Of a stretch of DNA of 64,000 nucleotides, positions 39,346-50,305 are shown piece by piece. The notes under the pieces were generated by a model, which saw only the letters and a program-made list of their open reading frames with translations, was not told where the DNA came from and searched no databases. Both the position numbers and the translations under genes were made by a program. The DNA lies in the NCBI GenBank assembly GCA_044225915.1, contig JBGAHZ010000028.1, positions 24,524-88,523 of the forward strand, in the 5' to 3' direction. The DNA comes from Candidatus Obscuribacteraceae bacterium. Its GTDB lineage: Bacteria > Cyanobacteriota > Vampirovibrionia > Obscuribacterales > Obscuribacteraceae. Position 1 is the stretch's first letter. Each line of letters opens with the position of its first letter.

Positions 39346-40596
39346 CTAAGCGACTCTTTCTTTTTGATGAACGAATGATTTCCCTGGTCCGGTCCAACCG
39401 GCTTCGAGCCAGTCCGAGAGGCTGGCCGCGATGTCGCAGAATCCGTTTCGAATTCCGATATCGATGCCCTGGTTGTCGAAGCTTGGACTATAAGCGATGA
39501 TCGGCACGAACTCGCGAGTGTGATCTGTGCCTGGGGCGGTTGGGTCATTGCCGTGATCGGAGGAGATCAACAGCAGATCGTCTCCACTCATTGCTTCCAC
39601 TATTTTGCCAAGCCAGTGGTCGATTTCGAGCAGCGCACCAGCGTAGCCTTTGACGTCCCGTCGGTGACCATACAACGAATCAGTATCAACTAGATTCGTG
39701 AAGATGAAGCTGACATCGTCGTCTGCTCGTTCCTTGCCGATTCTATGTTCTTTGAGCGGATACTGGTTAGCGATCGCGGCCAGCGTGATTTCCAACCCTT
39801 CTTTGTTGCTGCCGGTGTGCTTGGCGTGGCTGATGCCATGTCCCACGAAGATGTCTTCAATTTTGCCGACGCCGAAAACGCCACGACTTTCGTCGGCAAG
39901 TATGTCGAGAAAGGTTTTCCGAGGCGGTGGAACAGCATAGTCGCGGCGGTCGCCCGAGAGGCGCTTGTAGGCTCCTGGAGTGCCGTTGAAAGGTCGACAT
40001 ATGACTCGTCCGACCCGGTGCGGTCCATCCAGGATTTTGCGGGCAATTTCACACCACTCGTACTGTTTCTTCAGTGGCACAGTGTCAACGTGGCATGCGA
40101 TTTGAAACACACTGTCGCCAGAGGTGTAAACAATCGGCATTCCAGTTTTCTGGTGTTCTTCTCCGAGCTCCTCGAGAACGGTCGTACCGGAAGCGGGTTT
40201 GTTACTCAGTACTCCTGTGACACCCGTCTGTTTGCAGTATTCATCAATAACTTCTTTTGGGAAACCATTCGGATACATAGGAAAAGCTTCTTCGCTTACG
40301 ACTCCCATCATTTCCCAATGTCCGGTTTGCGTGTCTTTGCCGTTCGAGGCTTCTTCCAGTTTGCCGAACAATCCGAGCTTTGCAGCGCTTTCTTTGACAC
40401 CGTCGATCGGGCTTATCCGACCCAGTCCCAGCTTGCTCAAGTTCGGCAGGTCCAGACCACCAACTTCTCGCGCGATGTTTGCCAGTGTGTTGCAATTCGC
40501 TGAGTCACCAAACGCTTGTGCGTCCGGCGCGGCGCCGATTCCGCAACCGTCAATTACTAGAACGATGGCACGTTTTTTGTTCTTGCCGTCTGACAC
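39346..40596 (-). CDS. deoB: Phosphopentomutase
   Basis: The N-terminus (…RAIVLVIDGCGIGAAPDAQAFGDSANCNTLANI…) matches the DeoB signature. Length about 416 aa. Adjacent to the PNP gene. Confidence 0.8.
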   Translation of the reverse strand: MSDGKNKKRAIVLVIDGCGIGAAPDAQAFGDSANCNTLANIAREVGGLDLPNLSKLGLGRISPIDGVKESAAKLGLFGKLEEASNGKDTQTGHWEMMGVVSEEAFPMYPNGFPKEVIDEYCKQTGVTGVLSNKPASGTTVLEELGEEHQKTGMPIVYTSGDSVFQIACHVDTVPLKKQYEWCEIARKILDGPHRVGRVICRPFNGTPGAYKRLSGDRRDYAVPPPRKTFLDILADESRGVFGVGKIEDIFVGHGISHAKHTGSNKEGLEITLAAIANQYPLKEHRIGKERADDDVSFIFTNLVDTDSLYGHRRDVKGYAGALLEIDHWLGKIVEAMSGDDLLLISSDHGNDPTAPGTDHTREFVPIIAYSPSFDNQGIDIGIRNGFCDIAASLSDWLEAGWTGPGKSFVHQKERVA

Positions 40597-41213
40597 GATT
40601 CCCCCTCCCCTAAGCGATGCGCTCAGGAAGTTGTAGTTCCGCCAAGTGCGATAGCCCAGAGTTTACCACCAAACCCCGGCCTGCTGTACTGGACAGGTCC
40701 GGTGGTCGCTCAGCGAGGTTTAAACAGTCATTCGTTGTCATGTTGGGAAAATCGAGGTCCAAGAGTGATAAACCGATCCAGGCCAGCGGTGAGCATCGCG
40801 AAAGATGTTTCGCTATATGCTAATTGTAAAGAGCTAATATCACGCGAATTTTTTTCGTAGTTTTATCACTGAATTGCTTATCAATCGTACGTCTAGCTTG
40901 TGTCCGTCAATTTCCTTCTGATAGCGTCATATCACTATTTCTCGCTGCACTCTAAACAGGCTTTTCAACAACTCAAACCAACCCAGTTCGCGCACTTTCA
41001 CGTCTTCAAGACTGAAACTTGAGCAGTTGGGGGAAGCACGGGTTGATGATTAGCAGGCTTTTCTGTTTCAAAGGCGGTTTCGGAAACACAGGCTCCGAAG
41101 CTGTTAGAGGCGATTTAGCCTGTATAAACCGGCGTCAGTATGTAGAGTCTCCTGCTCGGACGTGTTGTTCGGGTGGCCACTCTATTGACGGACGCCAAGA
41201 AAAGGACACCAAT

Positions 41214-41690
41214 ATGAGAAAGTTCGCAATCGTTCTGACGGCCCTTGCGGCGTCATTGCTCGTCGGCACCACTGCCAACGCGCAGAGTTTCTCTTCCAAC
41301 GTTCAACTGGCCAACCATCATCGCGGTGGCGGCAGCGTGGACATCCACATCGGCGGCGGTGGTTTCGGCATCGGCGTGCACTCCGGTCACGGCGGCTGGG
41401 ATCGCGGTGGCTGGCGTGGCAACGGCGGCTGGGACCGCGGTGGCTGGGACCGTCGTGGTCCGGTCTATCGTTACCCGGCGCCGGTCTACCGTGGTCCCGT
41501 CTACCGTGACCCGTGCGACTACGGCTGCGCGCCCTCGACCATCACGGTCCGCGTGCAGGAAGTGGCGTACGACCGCTACGGTCAGGCTTACTACACGGGC
41601 CGCACCATCCTGTACACCGCGTGGTACGACGGCGCCTATGGCGGCTACGTCTACCGCGACCAGTACGGCCGCATCATCCGCGTTCGCTGA
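41214..41690 (+). CDS. Secreted Gly/Trp/Arg-rich hypothetical protein
   Basis: AAGGA RBS and a signal peptide (…AASLLVGTTANA). Low-complexity GGW(D/R)RGGW repeats and three PVYR repeats. Confidence 0.45.
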   Translation: MRKFAIVLTALAASLLVGTTANAQSFSSNVQLANHHRGGGSVDIHIGGGGFGIGVHSGHGGWDRGGWRGNGGWDRGGWDRRGPVYRYPAPVYRGPVYRDPCDYGCAPSTITVRVQEVAYDRYGQAYYTGRTILYTAWYDGAYGGYVYRDQYGRIIRVR

Positions 41691-42035
41691 GCGGTGATTA
41701 GTGGGCTGCTTCCGGTCCACTGAAGAGAAAACATCTGGGCGCGACCTGTGTCGGTCTTCCGGTTGGTCGGTTTACCGGCTAACTGATTGATTGAGCAGCG
41801 TCGCGACCCAGGTGAGGAGATGGGCGGAAGACAGTTGCCAGCGATGGCTTCTGTCTTCTTCCTATTTCGACTCTCAATACGAGTGAATATAGTAGTAATG
41901 TTATTGTGGGGCCGATAAAAAAAGGGGTGTGAAATTCGGATTTACCGGGTACGAAGTGACGTAGCTAGTTTAGCTACGCTAGTTCGTGTAAGCTTGCGGA
42001 TAGTGGGTCTCGGTTCCTTGGATCAGGAGTGAATA

Positions 42036-43085
42036 ATGGCATCTCAAGACAACATGATGTCAATCAACACGGTGGCAGCCCGGCTCGGTCTGTCCGTGCA
42101 CCAATTGCGACGCTGGGAGCTGATGTTCGGGCTCGAAATCAAGCGTGGTCGTGGTCAGCAGCGGCAGTATCGTCCTGAGGATATGACCATCCTGGAGCGC
42201 ATCAAAGAGCTGGTCGAGCAGGGCTGGCCTACATCGCAAATTCGCCCGCAAATCGAAGCAGAAGGTCTAATCACTCCAAAACTGATAGGTATGCCGACAC
42301 CGCCTGGTAATCCGGAGGTGGTGCTCGAATCATTGATCGGAATGAGAACATTCTGCGAACGCCGTTTTATTGAAATATCCAGACAAATCGATGAACTCAG
42401 GCAGTTAGTGATTTCCTTGTCACTGAAACAAGAGTTGTCCGGCGAAAGCGATTCGCCATGGCAGCCAATGGAACCGCCAGAGATGACCAAAGAAGAAGCA
42501 AGACCGATGTTGCCTCCTCAGGAAATCAATCTGGGACCGGAGATGAAAGCCTCGGTGATTCCTCCGCCCAATTACAACATGGGCATTCCTGCCAGTGGTT
42601 CGCCCGCTGCCGCAGCGGAAACCCCCGCGCCTGCACCAGTGTCGGAGGCTGTCAGTCTCGGCGAGGTCACCGACCAGAACTATCTGACGGTTCTTGGCCG
42701 AGCTCTCGATTTGATCGGCTGGACAGATGAAGAAGCCGATGAATATTCGGAAAAAACATTTGGCATACCGCACTGGGATGAGCTGGGACGGAGTCAGGCT
42801 GAGCGTCTGGTTGCGCACTTAACCGTTTTGCTCAATGAAGAACGCGGCGGTGGCGCCGATGTCACACCACCTCCAGCTGCATCAGAAGAGATGAATTTTG
42901 CTGTCGGTGGTGGAGCTGCTGATATTAATGCAGCCAATCAAGCCGCTCAGGGCGACGATTACGACGACGAATTCTACGAGGACGACTTCAACAACGCTGG
43001 TGGCGCCGGCGGTGGTAGTCCGTCCGAAGAAAAAAGCCAGCCTGACGCTCAATACCCGCCACCACCTTATGAGCCACCTGCGTAA
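42036..43085 (+). CDS. MerR-like HTH protein with a long acidic, Pro-rich, disordered C-terminal tail
   Basis: The N-terminus (…INTVAARLGLSVHQLRRWELMFGL…) is a MerR-type HTH. The C-terminal roughly 200 aa are acidic and low-complexity. Confidence 0.45.
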   Translation: MASQDNMMSINTVAARLGLSVHQLRRWELMFGLEIKRGRGQQRQYRPEDMTILERIKELVEQGWPTSQIRPQIEAEGLITPKLIGMPTPPGNPEVVLESLIGMRTFCERRFIEISRQIDELRQLVISLSLKQELSGESDSPWQPMEPPEMTKEEARPMLPPQEINLGPEMKASVIPPPNYNMGIPASGSPAAAAETPAPAPVSEAVSLGEVTDQNYLTVLGRALDLIGWTDEEADEYSEKTFGIPHWDELGRSQAERLVAHLTVLLNEERGGGADVTPPPAASEEMNFAVGGGAADINAANQAAQGDDYDDEFYEDDFNNAGGAGGGSPSEEKSQPDAQYPPPPYEPPA

Positions 43086-43697
43086 AAATTTGAAGAATTG
43101 CGTAAATACACATATGGAGGGCAGAGTTTTCAGAGTAATGTTTAAATGAAATGCACTAGATAAGCGAACAGAGAGTCCGAACCAGATAACGCAGATACTC
43201 CAGAAGAGAGGAATCAGGGATGATACCTACCGAGGGCAGCACCGGTTCTGCGATCAATTGAGGGGTGATACCGAATCAGGTATCACCCTGTTTTTTTTCT
43301 GTGCAATAACACACTTGTCAGTCGGAGAAGGCTTTCAAGTCGACGCTTATGACCCATAGTTCGCACAGCTAACACCAGGTTTGGTGGCTTAGTTGTCGAG
43401 GTTTGCTTGCTCCGCTAATTATCATAAGCAAATATCAAAGCTTTTAATGGCTCATAGAACTAACAATATTGCCATTTCTTATAGCTCGTTGTTAGGGTGA
43501 GTTGTTCACTACTCGCTCAATTTCCGGAAACCACTGACACCGCTGCATCTACAGCAAATCCGAATAGCAAAGATCTAAAGCATTTTGCCTTCGGTGTGTC
43601 ACGTCCTGTCGGAAGCGAATCAGAACAAGATTCAAGTTTTTCTAACAACGTAAGCGCCCATCAAGGGTGCCGAATAACTATAGGAGAAAATCAGACT

Positions 43698-44555
43698 ATG
43701 GATATCTTGGAGCTCGCCAAAATTCGGGATCGCATGTATCGCGACCCTGAGCTCCTCGCTGTGTACGAGAAGGGCGACAAAAACTCAAAGGGACAGACGC
43801 GACACGACTTTGTCCACGGCGACGAGGTTCGTGACCTTGCGATGCAACTCACTTCGAAGTTCGACCAGGCATTCCCTGGCAAGATCGACGAGGTGACTCG
43901 CGAGTTCGTCATTCCCTGCGCCGCCTGGCTGCACGACATCGGTCGTGCCATCGACCTGGACACCCACGACATCGAAGGGGCCCGGTTGGCGAAGCAGTAT
44001 CTTGAAAGCCGCGGCGTTCCTGCTGACCTGCGTCAGCGGATTTGCCGCATCATCGCGCTTCACCGCGCCGGCAAAGTCATCAAGCACGGGATCAAGTCTC
44101 CCGAGCATGCCATCGTGGTGATCGCCGACAAGTGCATCGGAGATGAAGGTCGCGTCCGTCCGGACAAGGCTTTTGCTCTGAAGGCGGCTAGCCTGATTCG
44201 CTTCGGAAAGTGGAGTGCTGCCCGCATCAACTGGTGGGGCAACGCACCGCACGACCGAGTGAATTTCGCTATCAAGAAGGCTGAACTGGACTTGGACTTC
44301 CACGACGAGACCAAGCAGACGGGCGACATCGTCCTGAAGCTGAAGGTCGACGAGCGGATCGCCGAGATCGAAGAAATCGTGACCCTCGACTGGTTCGCGG
44401 ATTCGTTCTTCGCTTGCGGTAAGGCTGCCCGTTCGTTCGGGTATTACTTCCGCATCGAGTTCAATGGAGTTCGTTTCCTGTGGGACAAGACCGCCAAGAA
44501 TGGTAAGGGTGGTTGGATGCCGATGAAGAGCATCAATGTTCCGCGCGGAAACTAA
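43698..44555 (+). CDS. HD-domain phosphohydrolase-like protein
   Basis: AGGAGAA RBS. Residues RHDFVHGDEV…AAWLHDIGR…IALHRAG match the H…HD…D metal-binding signature. Confidence 0.55.
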   Translation: MDILELAKIRDRMYRDPELLAVYEKGDKNSKGQTRHDFVHGDEVRDLAMQLTSKFDQAFPGKIDEVTREFVIPCAAWLHDIGRAIDLDTHDIEGARLAKQYLESRGVPADLRQRICRIIALHRAGKVIKHGIKSPEHAIVVIADKCIGDEGRVRPDKAFALKAASLIRFGKWSAARINWWGNAPHDRVNFAIKKAELDLDFHDETKQTGDIVLKLKVDERIAEIEEIVTLDWFADSFFACGKAARSFGYYFRIEFNGVRFLWDKTAKNGKGGWMPMKSINVPRGN

Positions 44556-45175
44556 GCTGTCATCGTACACCTCAAGCCGAGGAGCAGTCGTTAGCGACGA
44601 CTGACAAAAGGATTCATGGCTATCTGCATGGCTACGCAACCGGGAATTCCCGGTTAGCGTATGCCCGGCAGTGGCTGTGTTTCTCTTTTGTTTGGTTGGT
44701 ATTCTACTAAATAGAGGCGTAGAACGTGAATGTCAGTAAATGGTCGATTTAGTGCAGGGGCGCCTGCAAGCCGCCCCTGCAAGTACAGGACAGTGAGCAG
44801 CGAAACTACGGAATATTCTTTCGACTTAATTCTTGCTGAAACATGCAAATATCAGAAGTGTGGCGGTTTGGGATCGGCAAATCGTCGTATAAAACCTATC
44901 GCTACAATCGTCACTCCAAGAAGAACTTGACGATCTGGAGCAAAAACCAACAGCGACCGGAGAAGGCAATGACTGGTCGAAGTCCGGAGTTCGACATCTA
45001 CCGGACGGCCGGCTCCTGGGCTGTCCGCTTCCTGTGATACGCCGAATCCGAAAACAGTGGCTGGTTCGCCCGAACTCGCCGAAAGCGACGAGGAGTCCTG
45101 CGTCGAGAGAAAGTTCATCACATTGGGCTTGAGTCTAGAGTTTCGGTGGCATGATGTGACTTAAGAAACAACGGG

Positions 45176-47272
45176 ATGAGGAAACCTTCGAGGCAGCACA
45201 TGACTTTCGGCTTGATCAGCTGGCTAAAATCCCACTATCCGGATCTCAAATACGAGGTTCCTGTCGTCTATCCTTCTAGGGATAAGCCGGATGGCCGAGA
45301 GTGGCTTGTCACCAATGGCTTGGGCGGGTTTTCGATGGGGACTATCACTGGCGCGAACCGCCGGCGGTATCACGCCGTGCTAGTATCGGCTATTCCTCCA
45401 CCGACTGACCGGCATGTGATTCTATCGCGCGTCGAAGAGGTCCTCACAATTAACGGGCGCGATTACGAGCTGTCGACCAATCACTGGGAGTCAGGAGTTG
45501 TATCCCCGACGGGTTACAAGTTCATCGAGAGCTTTACCGCATTGCCCTGCCCTACCTGGGTTTTCGAAATCGACGGCAACTATCTGGTGAAACAGTTGGT
45601 CCATGGCTGGGGTACTGAAGAAGTTCATATCGGATACTACTGGCTGCCGGACGACGAATCGAGCACCGATGTTGTGCATCTCACCTGTAAAATTCTGGTC
45701 GGTTTTCGCGACATGCACGGCGAGCTGCAGGGCTCTTCGGATAAAACGTACGCTCAGTTCGTCTCGCCCAACCAATCCGTGATTATTTTGGATGAACACA
45801 GCCGTTTGTGCTTGACGTGGAGCGATGGGCAGTATGAGTCGCAGAAGCAGTGGTGGTGGGATTTTGATTGGCCCGTCGAGTCGATGCGCGGCTTACCGAG
45901 TACTGAAGATTTGTATTTCGTCGGTTCCGTCAAATCGAAACTTACGTCGGAGAAAGGCTTATGTCTTGGCGCGAGCTATGACAAACCCATTCTATCGCCC
46001 AATTGCGAACCGGTATTGAAGGAAATTATTGCGCGCCAGCGATCTCTAATCGATCGCGCCAATTTAGACAATTCCCAGCGTTCCGACATGATGCTTCTGG
46101 CTTGCGACCAGTTTCTCACAACCAGCAACAAAGATTCGGGATTGCAAACGGTGGTCGAAGGATTCCCCTGGTATAACGTCGGCGGACGAGCCGCGATGTT
46201 GTCACTACCGGGGCTGACTGTCTCGACCCGGCGGTTCGACGCAGCCAAAGAAATTCTGACTCATCAGGCAAACGGTATCGTCAATGGTATCATGCCGAAC
46301 TGGATGTTTGACCGCAACGAGATGGTTGACAATTCCCAGTTTGATTATGAAGCCGTAGATGTTTCTCTGTGGTGGGGATGGGCGCTATACAAATACTTTC
46401 GCGTTACGCGAGACTTGGAGCTGATTAAACAGCAATTACCGATTATGATTTCTGTCGTCGACCACCTTATTGGTGGTACTAATGACGGTATCGCGGTCGA
46501 CCCGTCTGATGGGCTGTTGAGGTGTGCGGCGAACAACAAGGCGTTTACCTGGATGCACACAAAGGTAGAAGGCATGCCGATTACGCAGCGTCCCGGCAAA
46601 CCTGTCGAAGTCTGCGCGCTCTGGTACAACTTCCTGGAAACGATCGTGTTTTTCGCTGAGTCGGTGACGCACGAGGATACCGAACGCATCAAAACCCTGG
46701 CGGCCCAGGCAAAGGAATCGATGCAGAAGTTTTGGAACGAGGAGCGCCGATGCCTTTACGATGTGATCGAAGAAGGCGTAAATCCGTCAAAACGACATGA
46801 TGACAGTAAGCGCTGCAATCAGCTTATGGCAGTCTCCTTGCCGTATCGAGCCTTGACGGACGAGCAGAGCAAAGCGATACTGAGGGTAGTGGAAGAGGAG
46901 CTGATTACTCCTATGGGAGTGAGAACACTCGCACCTTCCGAATCGAGCTACCAGGGCGTATTCGGCTGTGGTCTTGCCCACCCGGATCAGTACCACCGCG
47001 ATCTTTCACGCCATCAAGGCATGGCGTATCCGTGGCTTCTCGGACAATATTGCGATGCGTTGTTGAACATCAATGGGCAAACGCCGGACACCGTCAACCG
47101 TATTCGATTGATCTGGCAGCCGCTGTTCGACCACACTTTCAGCGAAGATTGTTTGGGTTCGATTACGGAGATGTTCGACGGCAATCGTCCGCAACTTCCA
47201 CGCGGGTGTCCGGCGTCTGCGTCGGCTGTCGCCGAGGCCATGCGCTGGCTGCGTTGGGTTTTGAAGCAATGA
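45176..47272 (+). CDS. Amylo-alpha-1,6-glucosidase / glycogen-debranching-enzyme family protein (GDE_N plus GDE_C, GH133-like)
   Basis: Length about 690 aa. Shows the N-terminal beta-sandwich and C-terminal (alpha/alpha)6 region typical of bacterial glycogen debranching proteins. The start could instead be the ATG at 45200. Confidence 0.65.
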   Translation: MRKPSRQHMTFGLISWLKSHYPDLKYEVPVVYPSRDKPDGREWLVTNGLGGFSMGTITGANRRRYHAVLVSAIPPPTDRHVILSRVEEVLTINGRDYELSTNHWESGVVSPTGYKFIESFTALPCPTWVFEIDGNYLVKQLVHGWGTEEVHIGYYWLPDDESSTDVVHLTCKILVGFRDMHGELQGSSDKTYAQFVSPNQSVIILDEHSRLCLTWSDGQYESQKQWWWDFDWPVESMRGLPSTEDLYFVGSVKSKLTSEKGLCLGASYDKPILSPNCEPVLKEIIARQRSLIDRANLDNSQRSDMMLLACDQFLTTSNKDSGLQTVVEGFPWYNVGGRAAMLSLPGLTVSTRRFDAAKEILTHQANGIVNGIMPNWMFDRNEMVDNSQFDYEAVDVSLWWGWALYKYFRVTRDLELIKQQLPIMISVVDHLIGGTNDGIAVDPSDGLLRCAANNKAFTWMHTKVEGMPITQRPGKPVEVCALWYNFLETIVFFAESVTHEDTERIKTLAAQAKESMQKFWNEERRCLYDVIEEGVNPSKRHDDSKRCNQLMAVSLPYRALTDEQSKAILRVVEEELITPMGVRTLAPSESSYQGVFGCGLAHPDQYHRDLSRHQGMAYPWLLGQYCDALLNINGQTPDTVNRIRLIWQPLFDHTFSEDCLGSITEMFDGNRPQLPRGCPASASAVAEAMRWLRWVLKQ

Positions 47273-47693
47273 TCGGCGCAGTTCACAAACGTTCAGAAAG
47301 AGCCTGGGTTCGCGTTTTTTGATATTTCGGCAATCATAACCTTTTTTCTGAACGTTCATTGTTGGACTTGGGATTGCAGCTCTTTGATCCGGCTTATCCA
47401 GCTTTTGATTTGGGAACTTAGCGCTATCCGGACAAGTTAATCCGCGCAGGGTCTTGATAACCGTCTTTGATGTGAATAGGTTTGGTTTACACATCATCCA
47501 TCTTTTTTTGAAAGGCCTGAATCTCCCAACCAAGTACCGGATTTCTCTTCCCCTCGCAACTTTGACTCACGTGGTGAGCGAAGTCGCGATTGGTTGTTGA
47601 ATCGGCGAGTGTTCATGCCGGTTCATGCTCGTGTCGATTTCGAAAATTAGCGCAACCTGCCGGAATGGTCTGCGCGCAATCGGAGAAACTCTC

Positions 47694-48752
47694 ATGTTGA
47701 AGCAGTTTTATCAGAAAGCGTCTGCTGCTCGTATCGTCACCGCCTCTGTGTGGTGCGCCGTCGTGGTCGTTCTCGGGATCTGCACGGTCGGACAGATCTG
47801 CAGCCAGGTCGAGAAGATTCGGACGAAGAGGGCATTCGACCAGGCGGACATCGAGCGCCACCAGAACGAACACGCTCGTCAGGGTATCACTTCTCAGGTC
47901 TTCGCCGAGGACCTGGACCAGTTGAAGACCAAGCTGGCAGCGAATCCCGACGCCAATTGGGTGGGCTTCTACCTGCATGGCAAGGACGACGGCAGCATCG
48001 CGTACGCGGCGAAGCACGTGCGTGAGCTGCGCGTTCTGACGGCCATGCGCGCCACGATGGACGATGACACGCTGAAGCTTCTCAGTACGCAGACAGAGCT
48101 TCGCCGGCTCGACGTGTGGGACACGGAAGTGACCGACGAAGGCGTCAAGGCGATGAGCACACTCACCAAGCTCGAGGACCTGTGGTTCGGCAGCTCGAAG
48201 CTGACCGACGATGGACTCGTCGGGCTGAAGTCGCTGATTTCGCTGCGCAAACTTTCGTTGGGCGACAGCATCAGTGGCGCTGGACTTGCTCACCTGGCGG
48301 ACCTTCCCGAGCTCCGTGAGGTGGGTTTGCACGGCATCGAAGTCACCGATGACGGGATTGCCAGTCTTAAGAAGCTCAAACACCTGGAGGTCGTTAACCT
48401 TTACCACACCGGCATCACCGACAAGGGGCTGGCCAGCCTCGGAGAGTGTAAGGAGCTGAAGCAGGCCTACCTGGTGAAGACGGCAATCACGGACGACGGT
48501 ATCCAGTCGCTGGCGAAGCTCGACAAGCTCGAGCTGCTTGATGTCTGCGATACCGCGGTCACCGCCGACGGTGTCGCCCGGCTCAAGCGGTCGCTGCCGA
48601 ACCTGAGGGTGAAGTACGGACCGTGGTCGGCAGCCAACGAAGGCATCGGCGTGCTCGTCGACATGGGGTGGTTTCTCGGTTTGGCGATTAGCACGAGCGT
48701 TCTGGGCCTCTTCCTGGAGTCGTACGTTAGCCGGACGGCACAGGGCGTTTAG
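47694..48752 (+). CDS. Leucine-rich-repeat (LRR) protein with an N-terminal TM anchor
   Basis: GGAGAAAC RBS. About 24-aa repeats of the form L..L.L..T.VTD.G(L/V). C-terminal hydrophobic segment. Confidence 0.6.
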   Translation: MLKQFYQKASAARIVTASVWCAVVVVLGICTVGQICSQVEKIRTKRAFDQADIERHQNEHARQGITSQVFAEDLDQLKTKLAANPDANWVGFYLHGKDDGSIAYAAKHVRELRVLTAMRATMDDDTLKLLSTQTELRRLDVWDTEVTDEGVKAMSTLTKLEDLWFGSSKLTDDGLVGLKSLISLRKLSLGDSISGAGLAHLADLPELREVGLHGIEVTDDGIASLKKLKHLEVVNLYHTGITDKGLASLGECKELKQAYLVKTAITDDGIQSLAKLDKLELLDVCDTAVTADGVARLKRSLPNLRVKYGPWSAANEGIGVLVDMGWFLGLAISTSVLGLFLESYVSRTAQGV

Positions 48753-48980
48753 TTGCGCTGGCGCTGTTTAACGGCGTGAGCCGACAGACTTTGTAGTAGC
48801 GGAGAGGCACCACATTTGGTGCCTCTCTGCTCTTGGAATTGGAATACTAAAACGGTTAGTAGAAATCGAAAGCAATAAGAACATGCAAGGCGGCACCGTA
48901 GGTGGTGCCGTCTGCATGTCTTATTGCTTTGTTAGTACGCTAGGTCAAGCCGCATCAGCGGCGCGGCCTTGCGTTTAAAC

Positions 48981-50072
48981 TCAGCGGCGGAAATTGAGCT
49001 TCCAATCCTCGTGGTCGGCGCGGACGGAGTTGGTCATGACGCGGACGGCGTCGAACAACCAGTTGTCACCGCGCTTCTTGAGGTCGGCTGCGATCCGTCT
49101 GGCGGCGCCTTCGGTGCCCATATGGACGTTGGCTGCTTCGATGCCCATGGCCCGCAGCAGCACTTCGGCGTTGGTGTTGGACGGCAAGTCCGAAAACTCA
49201 ACTCGTGAGCAGTCCGGAGCCAGCCGTCTGACAGTCCAGCCGTTATCGGCGACAACCGACGGGTCGCCGGAGTGAACCAGCAGACTTTCGCGGATGCGTC
49301 GGCCGACTGACGCCGGCTCGCCAAGACCAGCCCAGACACAGGCGGACGGCACGATCATTTTGGCTTCGCGTGCGATGCGGGCACCGTTCCAGTGACCGAG
49401 GGCAACGAAGCGCGGACGGCCGAGACTGCCTTTGCCTGCGGTTCTCGAACCGAAAGTGCAGTCGATGCCGGGTTCCGGCATATGACTGCGCAGCACTTGC
49501 TTCACGTCGTCACCGACCCGAGCGCGGCGGTTTACCTGAAGGTCGAGCTTCGCCCAGAACACCTTGGGGTGCCGGAGTTCGCTCGACACGATACGACCGA
49601 GTCGAACGTTTTCTTCAGCCAGAACGATAGGTTTGATGCCGCGAGCTAGACCTTCGCGATATCCGTCGAGGATGACCGAGCAAGCGTCGCTTACGCGAAT
49701 CGAGAGCTTGGATGCGCGAATGGCGAGCTTCGTCGAAGTTCCCAACCGCACGAGATCGAGCGTGTACGGCTGATGGTAAGCTTCATCGAAGTCGTTGATA
49801 CCCCAGATGAGCCGCCCTTCGCCGTCGCGCCAGGTGCTGTAGTTTTCGACGTGCAAGTCGCAGACTGCGCGGACAACAGCCGCGTCCATCAAATCACCGC
49901 AGAGGGTGGGAAAGACTTGAGCCCAGCGGTAGAAGGTGGCGCGGAGAAAAATAAACGGGTCGGAAGCCATGGCCTCGTGCTTTTTCACAAGGTCAGTCTT
50001 CACAACCGGGATGTGGGTGACCAGCCATTTCTCGAAAGATCTGGTGGCTGCCACGATTGTGGTGGATTTCAT
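48981..50072 (-). CDS. DUF2252-family protein
   Basis: The N-terminal SDPFIFLRATFYRW… block and a length of about 360 aa fit DUF2252. GGAG RBS precedes the ATG at 50072. Confidence 0.5.
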   Translation of the reverse strand: MKSTTIVAATRSFEKWLVTHIPVVKTDLVKKHEAMASDPFIFLRATFYRWAQVFPTLCGDLMDAAVVRAVCDLHVENYSTWRDGEGRLIWGINDFDEAYHQPYTLDLVRLGTSTKLAIRASKLSIRVSDACSVILDGYREGLARGIKPIVLAEENVRLGRIVSSELRHPKVFWAKLDLQVNRRARVGDDVKQVLRSHMPEPGIDCTFGSRTAGKGSLGRPRFVALGHWNGARIAREAKMIVPSACVWAGLGEPASVGRRIRESLLVHSGDPSVVADNGWTVRRLAPDCSRVEFSDLPSNTNAEVLLRAMGIEAANVHMGTEGAARRIAADLKKRGDNWLFDAVRVMTNSVRADHEDWKLNFRR

Positions 50073-50189
50073 TGTTAACTCCAATCTACCGCTATGGATA
50101 GACTACAAGTAATTTCGGATATTGTGCCAATCATCACCCTCGCGACTATAAGCGGTAGAGGAGCGGGCACCAACGAAAAGGCAGGGCGA

Positions 50190-50217
50190 AATCGATCGCC
50201 CTGCCTTCGCGATGCGC
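50190..50217 (-). terminator. Intrinsic-terminator-like hairpin 3' of tandem copy 1
   Basis: On the minus strand aggcagggcgatcgatttcgccctgcct is followed by TTTCGTT, giving a 10-bp GC-rich stem. Confidence 0.45.
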
Positions 50218-50305
50218 TTTCAGGCGCGCAGATAAGGGTGCTCCGAGACGACCATGCCGTGCGAGTCTCGCAGCAGCATGGTCGCTCAGAGCGGCTGGGA
50301 GGCGC

